Positions 8,057 through 17,098 of a stretch of DNA of 32,000 nucleotides are shown one piece after another (position 1 is the stretch's first letter; the number at the start of each line of letters is the position of its first letter). This stretch comes from Candidatus Lokiarchaeum ossiferum (lineage in GTDB: Archaea > Asgardarchaeota > Lokiarchaeia > Sigyniarchaeales > Promethearchaeaceae): contig CP104013.1 in assembly GCA_025839675.1 (NCBI GenBank), forward strand, positions 3,330,001-3,362,000, in the 5' to 3' direction. The notes beneath the pieces are model-generated. The model was not told the origin of the DNA and searched no databases. It saw nothing but the letters and a program-made list of their open reading frames with translations. The translations under genes were made by a program, and so were the position numbers.

Positions 8057-8533
8057 TATTGTAATTTAACTTACATTAAGGGTATTTTTTCTATTTCTAC
8101 TCCAGATGTTATTTAGCTAGTTGATATATCTTAACCTACCAATACTTCATAAGAGAGAGGACTATTTCCATTGGAGCTTGTAGAAATAAATAAATAAAAA
8201 AAAGATATTAATTTTAAAAAGAAAAAATATCTACATTTACAGCTTATTTCTTTTATATTTATATTCTTTTATTATATAATTACTATTAATACACTCTTAG
8301 GTCAATATTTCTCGCGTGTTTGGTAAATTTTTTTGTCGAGTCTTTTCCATCATAAAACTATATTTTTGGGTCTTAAACTTAATCATAAAAGAATTGTATC
8401 CATTAACCACCAGTCTAATAATTAACGGACAACATAATTTAGTAACTCATTAATAATTTCAGAAAATCATAAAAAATCTAAATTCCGTGAAAAAATAAAA
8501 AATTAGGGATCCTAGTTTCCAATGGAAATGAAC

Positions 8534-9529
8534 CTATAGGTATTTTTTTAAATCAATTAATCTTTGAGAATATTTTTCTACATCTGATTTAGAACGATTT
8601 TTTTTTGCCTTGATTAATTGCTCCTCAGTTTTATCAAATATTTCCTGATAATCTCCATTATTCTTTTTCTTTTTCTTGTCTAATTGGCTAGATTTAATCA
8701 TTTTGATCTTTTCATCGTAGTATTTTTCATAATTAATGGCTTGAATTTTATAAATTTGTGTCTTAATTTTTAAGAATTGGGGTTTTAATTTCAAGATTTT
8801 TGGTTTATTTTGATCTTTTTGATAGATTTTGATTAGAGTCTCATATTTTAATTGCAAATTAGTATAATATTGTTCAGCTAGCTCAAAATTTTTGTTGGAC
8901 ATACTTGTATCAGCCATTTTTTCTATCTTTTGAATGTTTTCCAAAAGTTTTTCCGGGTTCTCAGATTTAAAATCAAGCAAATCGCGATTTTTCACAACTT
9001 TTCCAATTATTTTTGATTCCTCCTTAATTCGTTTCAGGAAAACCATCAAGCTGAAAACTAAAATACTATCAGCGAGGATAAAAATTGAAAAACCAAGAGT
9101 AAAAAATGCACCAAATATAATTGTGATTATTACGTAGCCTATGATATTGATTATTAAAATAACGATAAATTCCTTGAAATCATTCATAATTGATGATTCT
9201 TTTTCATTAAATGCTAAGTGACTTTTTTGATTGAACATCATTATGAATACTACTACAATATCAGTCACAGCATAGGCTGTAATTATATATAGTAGAGAGA
9301 TTCCACCAATTATAATATATAATAAAATCGAAACAGCAGGAATAGTGATCACAATAAAGAAATGTTTTACATTATCTTTTTGATCTGATAAGTTGTCAAT
9401 TTCTTTTTCTTTTTTGAGTTTAGGAATTAAATATGGTAGAATTGCATCAAAAATTCCATATAATAGTACAAATATAAAGTTAATTCCCCAATAAATTGCT
9501 AAAACGATTTTGATCAGTTTTTTATTCAT
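8534..9529 (-). CDS. Hypothetical integral membrane protein with a C-terminal charged helical/coiled-coil cytoplasmic domain
   Basis: The N-terminal ~165 aa contain several long hydrophobic helices. The C-terminal half is K/E/Q-rich and helical. No motif is recognised. Confidence 0.55.
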   Translation of the reverse strand: MNKKLIKIVLAIYWGINFIFVLLYGIFDAILPYLIPKLKKEKEIDNLSDQKDNVKHFFIVITIPAVSILLYIIIGGISLLYIITAYAVTDIVVVFIMMFNQKSHLAFNEKESSIMNDFKEFIVILIINIIGYVIITIIFGAFFTLGFSIFILADSILVFSLMVFLKRIKEESKIIGKVVKNRDLLDFKSENPEKLLENIQKIEKMADTSMSNKNFELAEQYYTNLQLKYETLIKIYQKDQNKPKILKLKPQFLKIKTQIYKIQAINYEKYYDEKIKMIKSSQLDKKKKKNNGDYQEIFDKTEEQLIKAKKNRSKSDVEKYSQRLIDLKKYL

Positions 9530-9546
9530 ATCATTAGTTGTAATGA

Positions 9547-10842
9547 ATGCGTTTTAAAAATCCTTATCCCTTTAAACCATCTAAAATTCATTTATTTGTG
9601 GAAAAAGTTGTTAAAAAAAAAACTACAAATCAATCAATCAATTATGGAAGTCTAAGAACTAGGGCAATTATTGGACTATACATAGCTGTTTTTATTTGCA
9701 GTTTTGCAGGAATGATCAACGATGTAATTATGGCCCGTTTTCTACCTGTCGAATTCTCAAGCGATTCAGCTGTATTTGGGATGACTTTTACCATGTTTAG
9801 TCTTGGAAAGCTTATTATGATGGTTCCATTAGCAAAAATCAGTGATAAATTTGGAAGAAAGTCATTATTAATATTTGCTTTTGGAATTTATTCAGTAGGT
9901 ACCTTTTTAGCTGGAGTAGCTCAATCAATTGAGCAGTTCTTATTTTTTAGATTTTTAAAAGGAATGAGTTCTTTTGAGGGAATTGCCTTAGCTTTAATTA
10001 ATGATTATTTTAAGGAAGGTGAACGCGGTAAACCAATAGCGTTCCTCTTCACCTCATTGGGTATTGGTTCGTTACTTGGAACGTTAACTGGAGGCTTCTT
10101 CTTGAATTGGTTTGAGTTTCGCTATGCTTTTTATATTCTAGGTTTGATTACATTTGTTTCAGTTCTATCTGTACTAGTTTTAATTAAAAATCCAAAAAAA
10201 ATTAATGGACGAAATCGTAATTCCACAAAAACTCAAAGAAATTTCAACAAATCTAAGTTAAAATTGCTTCTTCAAAACAAGAATTTTATTTTAGGTATTT
10301 TGATTGGGACAATCATTACCTTCATTTATTCAGGACTTTCATCATATACTCTATTTATTTTATTAATTTATTTTGCAGTCGAAAATCAGCAATCAGGAAT
10401 ATTTTTATTACCTGCAACCGGAGCATATATCCTATTTTCATTAACTTGGGGTCATAATGAAAAGACCATTAAGATACTAAAACGAGGATTACCAATTTTA
10501 GCAATATTTTTCTCATTTTTTATTGTATTAAGAATTTTCATTCAAGTTTATATCTTCATTTTACTTTTGGTTTTATGTTTTGCTTCATTGGGAGTTTTAA
10601 TGCCAGCAATTGATAATTTTGAATCTAATCTGGTCCCTCATAGTATCAAAGGAGAAGCATTGGGTCTATATCGCAGCATTACATTGATAGGATCTGTCAT
10701 AGGATCTACTATTATCGGATATATCGGGAGTATATTTTGGGAATTTGCCCCTTTTCTCCTTATGGGAATATTCTCTTTGCTTGGGTTTATTATTACTATT
10801 TTAATCAAAACATCAGCACCTTCACCAGTTTCTAATTCCTAA
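9547..10842 (+). CDS. Major facilitator superfamily (MFS) transporter
   Basis: The protein has about 12 hydrophobic segments. The loop 2-3 motif reads PLAKISDKFGRKSLLIFAFGIYSVGTFLAGVAQSIEQFLFFRFLKG. A T8 run follows the stop at 10851-10858. Confidence 0.85.
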   Translation: MRFKNPYPFKPSKIHLFVEKVVKKKTTNQSINYGSLRTRAIIGLYIAVFICSFAGMINDVIMARFLPVEFSSDSAVFGMTFTMFSLGKLIMMVPLAKISDKFGRKSLLIFAFGIYSVGTFLAGVAQSIEQFLFFRFLKGMSSFEGIALALINDYFKEGERGKPIAFLFTSLGIGSLLGTLTGGFFLNWFEFRYAFYILGLITFVSVLSVLVLIKNPKKINGRNRNSTKTQRNFNKSKLKLLLQNKNFILGILIGTIITFIYSGLSSYTLFILLIYFAVENQQSGIFLLPATGAYILFSLTWGHNEKTIKILKRGLPILAIFFSFFIVLRIFIQVYIFILLLVLCFASLGVLMPAIDNFESNLVPHSIKGEALGLYRSITLIGSVIGSTIIGYIGSIFWEFAPFLLMGIFSLLGFIITILIKTSAPSPVSNS

Positions 10843-10963
10843 AAGGAAAATTTTTTTTACCTTTAGAAAGACATTTACCTATAAAAAACAAACAAACATA
10901 GCGAAAAATTGTATCACTAAACAAAAAACATGATTATTAAATTAACCGGGATTAGTAAATAGA

Positions 10964-13321
10964 ATGGCATTAACAACAAGCGATGAACTTCAGAAACAAT
11001 TGGCAGTTATATTCGGTTTTAAAGGACAACTTGAGTTGGAAGTTGGAGAAATCGTAGGGATTGGAAGTTTATCAAAAAAAACAACAGAGTATTTGATTAA
11101 AAATGTTTTAAACTATCTAAATGCCTATAATTCAATGTTACGAGATTACGCTAATTGTCAATTGCATTCAATCGAATTTTCGCTTGACAATCTTGGTGAT
11201 CCCAATGATATTCAACTAATGCCAAAATCAATGCTTTTTATTCCTGGAGAATACAAAGATTGTAACACTCTATTACTATTATTGGCACCTGAAGCGAGTT
11301 TATTGAACCCTAAAACAGCGAAAAGTGCAGTGGATAATTTAGGAAAATTATATTTTGAAGTTGAAGAAGCTTTAAGTAGGAATGAAATCACCAAAGAACA
11401 AAAACAAGAGGTTTTAACTAAATTTGCGAGGCGATTCGCTTTAAAGCTTCAAGGTAATGTAATTGAAGGAAAATGGAATCGAAAACTTGTAGGACTTAAA
11501 ACTAATTCAGATGATGTTTCATATCTTTCAGTAAATATACAAAAGGAATACCTTTGGGAAAATAAAGAGATAATTCCTAAAAATCATCGTTTTAGAATAA
11601 TACGTACACCTTTAGATGAAAATGATCAATTTGACTTCTTAAAATACAAACTAAGTCAAAGTACCGTTTTTGTAATAACGAAAAACACCTTTCATCTTAC
11701 TTCTAATTTGTTGCACATTGCAAATACAGGAACCATCAATGATCTACATCGAGCTTTATTAATTCTTCTCCTGAAAAATTTTATAGTCTTCTTTCCAGGC
11801 CAAGAAGATTACATTTCCTTTGACCAATTTAAAGATAGCTTGCTGAATTTTATAGCTTTTATCGATTCAATTAAAAAAGATTTCTTTATCCTCTCAGATA
11901 ATGTTGTTAAAAGCGGAATTCAAATGGAATTCAAAAATTTGCCTCAAACTATAATTAGTGAATTTCAAATTGAACAAGATGGTTCCTTGAGAAATCAATT
12001 TTACACCGATTTACAGGATTGTTTTATCAATTATATTATAGAAAATAGACAAGATTATCAAAACTCAAAAAATTTCCGAGCTTTTGAACTAAAAACACCT
12101 TTTCTTTTTATGCAAGAAAGCTTAGATCTAGTTTTAAACAAAATCAAAATTGCTTTACCTGGCTATTTTACCCATGAATTATTAACAAATCATGCTCAAA
12201 CATTCATAGAATTATTACAAAAGGAGTTCGATTCAATAGGAAAGAAGCCTATTATCGCTTTAGGCCTGAAGTATCTTGAAAAGTATTCAAAATATATTCA
12301 GAATCAAATTGATAACAAATATTTAGAGTCAATTGTCCGAAATGAAAGTCAAGTTCAAAGTTTTTTTAATAAAATAGCTAAAGAATCAATTGAACCATTT
12401 ATATCCGGTGTTTCTATTGAAACTGAAGACTTACTTAGTCTTTGTGGTTTTATTCTAGCAGATATTCCTGTAGCAATTCATCACATTGAAATATTGATGA
12501 AATACCGAGTTGAGATTGAGTTTCTATGGGGATTAGTACTTCGTGCTTCCACCTTGCAGAGATTTATTAAAGAATATCCAACGGAGCTTACGTTTGATCC
12601 CCAAACTTTTTGCACTCAATTTATCGAATTCTTACAAAGAAAACGTCTTGGAGGCTTTCAGCTAGTTTGGAAAAACGAAATTTTTGCTTATATTCAAGAA
12701 TTTGCAAATCAATATCAATCGAAGTATTTGCTTGAAAGAGAACAGAAAATTTATTGGTCTAAACAGAAAATTGTCTCCCTGTTTATAGACTATCTTGGAA
12801 AAAAAGTGGATGAAAGCACTACATTAGAAGGGTTTTTAGTTCCTTTGAAGAAATATTTGGACAATATTGCAATGAAAAACGTCAACAATCGTATCGTATT
12901 AAAAATTGTTGATCTGTATTCTGAAGGATTGGAAGTATTTTCTCAATTTCCAGATTATATGCGTCAAGTCTTTTATAAAACTCTTGAAAACTATGAAGAC
13001 ATTAAAATCCACCTCCAAGCATCTACTTTTATAGGTCCATTAAAATCGATTGATGATGCTTTTACAGAAGATATTGAGTTCAGTTCATCATTATCTTATA
13101 AAAAATCGTTTTTCAACTATATAATTGAACATGAAATGAAATATTTTAGTAAATTATTTGCAGAACCAAAGAATATAATATTAAAATCACTTGAGAATGA
13201 AACATTTGATGGAAAAGTACTTTATCATCACATAAACTTCCAGTCTCTTGGAGATAATTTTTCGAAGCTAATGATAAGTTCAAATTATCAATCAGTAAAG
13301 CCACGATTCAAACGGATGTGA
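10964..13321 (+). CDS. Large hypothetical protein (785 aa), soluble, apparently all-alpha; no recognisable domain
   Basis: This is a long uninterrupted ORF with genome-typical composition. I found no TM segments and no Walker A, DEAD or nuclease motifs. Its stop is 4 nt from the next start. Confidence 0.8.
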   Translation: MALTTSDELQKQLAVIFGFKGQLELEVGEIVGIGSLSKKTTEYLIKNVLNYLNAYNSMLRDYANCQLHSIEFSLDNLGDPNDIQLMPKSMLFIPGEYKDCNTLLLLLAPEASLLNPKTAKSAVDNLGKLYFEVEEALSRNEITKEQKQEVLTKFARRFALKLQGNVIEGKWNRKLVGLKTNSDDVSYLSVNIQKEYLWENKEIIPKNHRFRIIRTPLDENDQFDFLKYKLSQSTVFVITKNTFHLTSNLLHIANTGTINDLHRALLILLLKNFIVFFPGQEDYISFDQFKDSLLNFIAFIDSIKKDFFILSDNVVKSGIQMEFKNLPQTIISEFQIEQDGSLRNQFYTDLQDCFINYIIENRQDYQNSKNFRAFELKTPFLFMQESLDLVLNKIKIALPGYFTHELLTNHAQTFIELLQKEFDSIGKKPIIALGLKYLEKYSKYIQNQIDNKYLESIVRNESQVQSFFNKIAKESIEPFISGVSIETEDLLSLCGFILADIPVAIHHIEILMKYRVEIEFLWGLVLRASTLQRFIKEYPTELTFDPQTFCTQFIEFLQRKRLGGFQLVWKNEIFAYIQEFANQYQSKYLLEREQKIYWSKQKIVSLFIDYLGKKVDESTTLEGFLVPLKKYLDNIAMKNVNNRIVLKIVDLYSEGLEVFSQFPDYMRQVFYKTLENYEDIKIHLQASTFIGPLKSIDDAFTEDIEFSSSLSYKKSFFNYIIEHEMKYFSKLFAEPKNIILKSLENETFDGKVLYHHINFQSLGDNFSKLMISSNYQSVKPRFKRM

Positions 13322-13325
13322 AACT

Positions 13326-15773
13326 ATGAGTGAAATATCAGCAATAAAACGAAGTAGAGTCGCACAAGAAGGTGCGCGACGCTTTTTCCAGACTACAGAA
13401 TTAATTGCAAGTCATTTAAAACGGAGTTCGGATAAAAATCTCGTTTTTGCCCTTTCCTCAAAGAAAAATAATCTTTCGAATTTATTAGCAGCATCTTGCG
13501 CAATTCATTGTTTTAACTATTTAGGGATTCGGACAAAAACGGATGAGCAAATGGTCTCTCAAGTTACCAGTATGGAAGCTTTTGAAACGGTTGAAAAACG
13601 AGAAATCTATAAAGAATTTCTAGATCTAATTGGTTCCTCAATACAACATGAAATTTCATTATCTTTATTAGAGTTAAATTACGAAGAACAAATTCTCACT
13701 GCAATGATTGAAAAAAAAAATGTATATGAAGAAAGGTTTATTCAAAATCTGACCGATCAGCTCGAAGAACATTTAATCAAGTCTTTAAACCAATATCCAA
13801 CCGTATTTTGGATTGATCATGTTGGAGAATTAACTGGTTTCATCCCCTTTGTAAAATCACAAATACTGGAAGAAACTGCCGGATTAAAAGCAACTGCCAT
13901 TGATCTTGAAAAAAATTTAAAAGGGGAAGAGAAAGGCGATCGTTATATAGAACTTTCAACAATTTTCCATTTAATAAACAAAATGCAGAAGAGTTTTGAA
14001 TTTTCATCTACACGAGATTTAAAGTTAGAAACTTTTCCAATTAAAAAAATCTTAAACCAAATTATTGCTTATCGTCTAAATTTTTATCCTATCTCAAAAG
14101 TCGGGCTGTTCTGTTTCCAAGATGCCACCAAATTAAAAAAAATAATTTACAAGAAATTGTTGGATGCTGATACCACTCCTATTGATTATGAAAGCTTAGA
14201 GTTAGATCTAACTGTTCTTATTAGAGAAAATATTATTGAACAAGCCCAAAAAGGACCAAATAAGTTTGTCTATTTTCTCCAAAATCTCCTAGAATTGACT
14301 TTTGAGGAGACTTTCTCAGTACTCTCCAGATTTGGAGTGTCCAATGTCTCATTATTTTGTCATATTCTTTCTTTTGATTATAATCAATTTAAAAATGATA
14401 TTTCATTAAATCAATTATCCAAAATGGATTTCCTTACTGCTGATTCGCAGAAATCACTGATTTGGAATGTAGAACAAAAGTTAAATGAATTAAAATTAAT
14501 TTCCTTATCTCGTTCAGAACGTTCAGTTGAAGAAATCTTGAATAATTTTGAGGAGTCTGAAATCCTTGTTTTAAAAAATATTTGTAGGACTTTAAAGATT
14601 GAATTTGATGATTTGAGGCAAGTTTTTCAAAAGAAGATGATCATTGAAAAAATTATTCGAAAAAAATATCCTCTAAAGGGACCAACGTCCTGCTATTCTA
14701 TGGTATTCGATATTCCTGAGATTCTCGCTAATCTTTGTAAAACCATTTATTTCACATTTTTCCGCAAAATCAGCTGCCAATTCGCGAGGGTTCTTGAGAC
14801 TTATGTGAAGATTAAAGAGGATAAAGGATTGTATCTATTGGGATTAAAACGAATCTTTGAATCTACAGCGAACGAAGAATGGGTTGTCATCAAAATTGAA
14901 GAGCTGATTATTCAAAGATTAATGCGACGCCAAGAAGAATTAGCAATGATTTTTAATGCAGAAAATGATGCCTTTTTGGTTAACTCCTTTATATATGCCC
15001 GTTTATTTGACTGTAATTTATCGGATGCGAATGAAATTCTGCACAACGAACCTAGTTTCTTCTATGGAGATTCAATTGGCTTGGGATTACCTAAGGATAT
15101 GATCTCTCCTGTTTCATATATTTTTGCGTATGACTTGCTTTATCGCTTTAAGGATAATCAGGAATTTCTTAAAATTCAAAAAGAACAACTTAAAGAAATG
15201 AGAAACCAAAAATCCACGGAAAAAAGGGATGAAATTAAGAAAGTTCAAAAATTAAATACTTTAAATTGGATTGATAAAAAAATTACCAGCAGTCTCATGT
15301 CTGTTTCAGCTGTTTCAGTCAACCCCACCACATTATATTGGAATGAGAAAGACACACAAATTGTAATCGATAATTTGATGATTCATAGTAAATTAAAAGA
15401 TCGAAAAATTTGTTCTGAATGTAATTGTGATGTGTCAAGTTCTAGTTGTGAACACCCTAATTCTCATAGGAAAGCTAATGCTATCGATTTAATGGCACAA
15501 TATTATCATTTTGCCTTGACTCGGATCAAACAGAATTGGGAAAAAACAAAAGTTCCCACGATTCAAGAATTAACTGATAATATTCATATCTGGTTAAATG
15601 AGATAATGTTTCCACGACTTAACCGAAATATCACTGAAAATGATATTGATCAAATGATTGAAGGTGAACGTCGGGGACTATCCCAAAAAATCGCAATAGC
15701 CATTGGTCAAAAATTAGATAAAGCCATTTATAAAAAGTTCAAAGCAAATTTAAAAAAAAAACGAGGAACCTAA
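13326..15773 (+). CDS. Large hypothetical protein (815 aa), soluble, mostly helical, with a C-terminal Cys/His cluster
   Basis: The start has SD-like GGATGTGA 5 nt upstream, inside the end of the preceding gene, which suggests translational coupling. A CSECNCDVSSSSCEHPNSH cluster lies at nt 15411-15467. No NTPase or nuclease motifs were found. Confidence 0.8.
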   Translation: MSEISAIKRSRVAQEGARRFFQTTELIASHLKRSSDKNLVFALSSKKNNLSNLLAASCAIHCFNYLGIRTKTDEQMVSQVTSMEAFETVEKREIYKEFLDLIGSSIQHEISLSLLELNYEEQILTAMIEKKNVYEERFIQNLTDQLEEHLIKSLNQYPTVFWIDHVGELTGFIPFVKSQILEETAGLKATAIDLEKNLKGEEKGDRYIELSTIFHLINKMQKSFEFSSTRDLKLETFPIKKILNQIIAYRLNFYPISKVGLFCFQDATKLKKIIYKKLLDADTTPIDYESLELDLTVLIRENIIEQAQKGPNKFVYFLQNLLELTFEETFSVLSRFGVSNVSLFCHILSFDYNQFKNDISLNQLSKMDFLTADSQKSLIWNVEQKLNELKLISLSRSERSVEEILNNFEESEILVLKNICRTLKIEFDDLRQVFQKKMIIEKIIRKKYPLKGPTSCYSMVFDIPEILANLCKTIYFTFFRKISCQFARVLETYVKIKEDKGLYLLGLKRIFESTANEEWVVIKIEELIIQRLMRRQEELAMIFNAENDAFLVNSFIYARLFDCNLSDANEILHNEPSFFYGDSIGLGLPKDMISPVSYIFAYDLLYRFKDNQEFLKIQKEQLKEMRNQKSTEKRDEIKKVQKLNTLNWIDKKITSSLMSVSAVSVNPTTLYWNEKDTQIVIDNLMIHSKLKDRKICSECNCDVSSSSCEHPNSHRKANAIDLMAQYYHFALTRIKQNWEKTKVPTIQELTDNIHIWLNEIMFPRLNRNITENDIDQMIEGERRGLSQKIAIAIGQKLDKAIYKKFKANLKKKRGT

Positions 15774-15832
15774 CCTCATAAACCGAACTATAAATTTTTT
15801 TAAATAAAATCGATTTTTTAGCTTTAGTAAAA

Positions 15833-16117
15833 ATGGTATCGATTAACAAAGAATTTTTAATTAAAGGTATAGTTTATGCTCTAATCTTGTGCGTTGGTAG
15901 TTTTATTGGTGTTATTATGCGTAATGCAGGCAGCAATGGCTATGCTATTTTTGCCGTTGTGGGGATTATTAATACCATTGCAATAATTGGTGTTTTTCGC
16001 TTAATTAGAAATGAATTATTTCAAACAGAAGAAGAAGATCAACCTGAGTCAAAGAAAACTGGCAAGGATGAAGAGTCTTCCAAAAAATCAAACCTCACTG
16101 AAAGCGACAAGGTTTAA
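15833..16117 (+). CDS. Small membrane protein (2 TM) with an acidic/Ser-Lys-rich C-terminal tail
   Basis: Hydrophobic helices are GIVYALILCVGSFIGVIM and AIFAVVGIINTIAIIGVF, followed by an EEEDQPESKKTGKDEESSKK tail. TTTAAATAAAAT lies about 30 nt upstream of the ATG, suggesting its own near-leaderless promoter. Confidence 0.5.
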   Translation: MVSINKEFLIKGIVYALILCVGSFIGVIMRNAGSNGYAIFAVVGIINTIAIIGVFRLIRNELFQTEEEDQPESKKTGKDEESSKKSNLTESDKV

Positions 16118-16179
16118 TTTAGAATACATATTTTTTGGTTAATTTTATTTTATGTCTCCAATTTTAGCTTTCACTAGTT

Positions 16180-16992
16180 TTAGAGAAGGTGGACAATCTT
16201 CCGCCAATTTAATTTAGGGTTTCCATGAAGCAATATGCATTCCTCGATTTGTTCTTGTAGAATGAGGGGATCATATAACCAAGCTTCATCTTTACTAAAA
16301 GAAAGGCACTTTATATTTGGTATATTTAAAATACGTTTCATTAAAAGTCCATAGGTTGCAACTTGGGGGAGGGATCTGAGAAAATGGCCTTCTGGCTTAT
16401 AATCTGCAATAATTAAGTTATTATTTGCAAAATCATATAAAATTAAATCAATATGGCCAGTTAATGATCGTCTGTAAGAAAAATTGAACGAGTTTTTATC
16501 TTGAGGAAGAAAATCAGTAATTCTCTGCTGTTTGCGAGTCCAAACTGGTGTTTCTATTGACAAGGCTTCTTCAATGGTAAGTAATATATTAGTGAGAATT
16601 TCATCATGACCTGGTTTAAAATTCAATATATCAGTCTCTGCATATTCTGAAAAGAGATTTTGAGCACTTGCAAGGATCTTGTGAACATAGCTATCTAAGC
16701 TATTTTTCATTTCTGAAGTCCACTTATAATGGCGGATTAATTTTTTTTCGATGAATTCTTTTGAGATTTGAGGTTGAACCCCCCGCTTTAAACCTTTAAT
16801 ACGAAAAGAAGAACAGCGGGTTATTTTATTGTCATTGAATAAATCGTGGGGTATTTTATTCTGATAGATCATTTGGAAAAAATCATCCAATCGAGTTCCA
16901 ATCTCAGAAGGCATCTTCGAAATCACATCTTGTCGTTTAGCCCATTTAAACTCATAAACAATGCCATTGTGTTGGAATCTTCGATTAATCAT
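16180..16992 (-). CDS. PD-(D/E)xK nuclease superfamily protein, RecB/Cas4-like core (paralog 1)
   Basis: Motifs occur in order: E..P.W (IETPVWT), GHIDLILYD, IIADYKPE (D-x-K) and QVATYG (the QxxxY typical of the RecB/Cas4/lambda-exo clade). It aligns along its full length with the upstream paralog. Confidence 0.7.
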   Translation of the reverse strand: MINRRFQHNGIVYEFKWAKRQDVISKMPSEIGTRLDDFFQMIYQNKIPHDLFNDNKITRCSSFRIKGLKRGVQPQISKEFIEKKLIRHYKWTSEMKNSLDSYVHKILASAQNLFSEYAETDILNFKPGHDEILTNILLTIEEALSIETPVWTRKQQRITDFLPQDKNSFNFSYRRSLTGHIDLILYDFANNNLIIADYKPEGHFLRSLPQVATYGLLMKRILNIPNIKCLSFSKDEAWLYDPLILQEQIEECILLHGNPKLNWRKIVHLL

Positions 16993-17098
16993 TTTCTTCT
17001 CAACTCATTAAATATTTTTAGGTTAATAATCCTTTCAACCTTTTCGAATTAGTGGATTGTAAGGTATCAAAGTAATTAAAAATATAGATTTAACTGAA

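Noticed and set aside
8163-8530. 12-nt inverted repeat ATTTCCATTGGA flanking the AT-rich gap, considered as possible terminal inverted repeats of a MITE-like element
   Set aside because: A 12-mer inverted match is expected by chance many times in 32 kb of AT-rich DNA. There are no target-site duplications and no further extension of the match.
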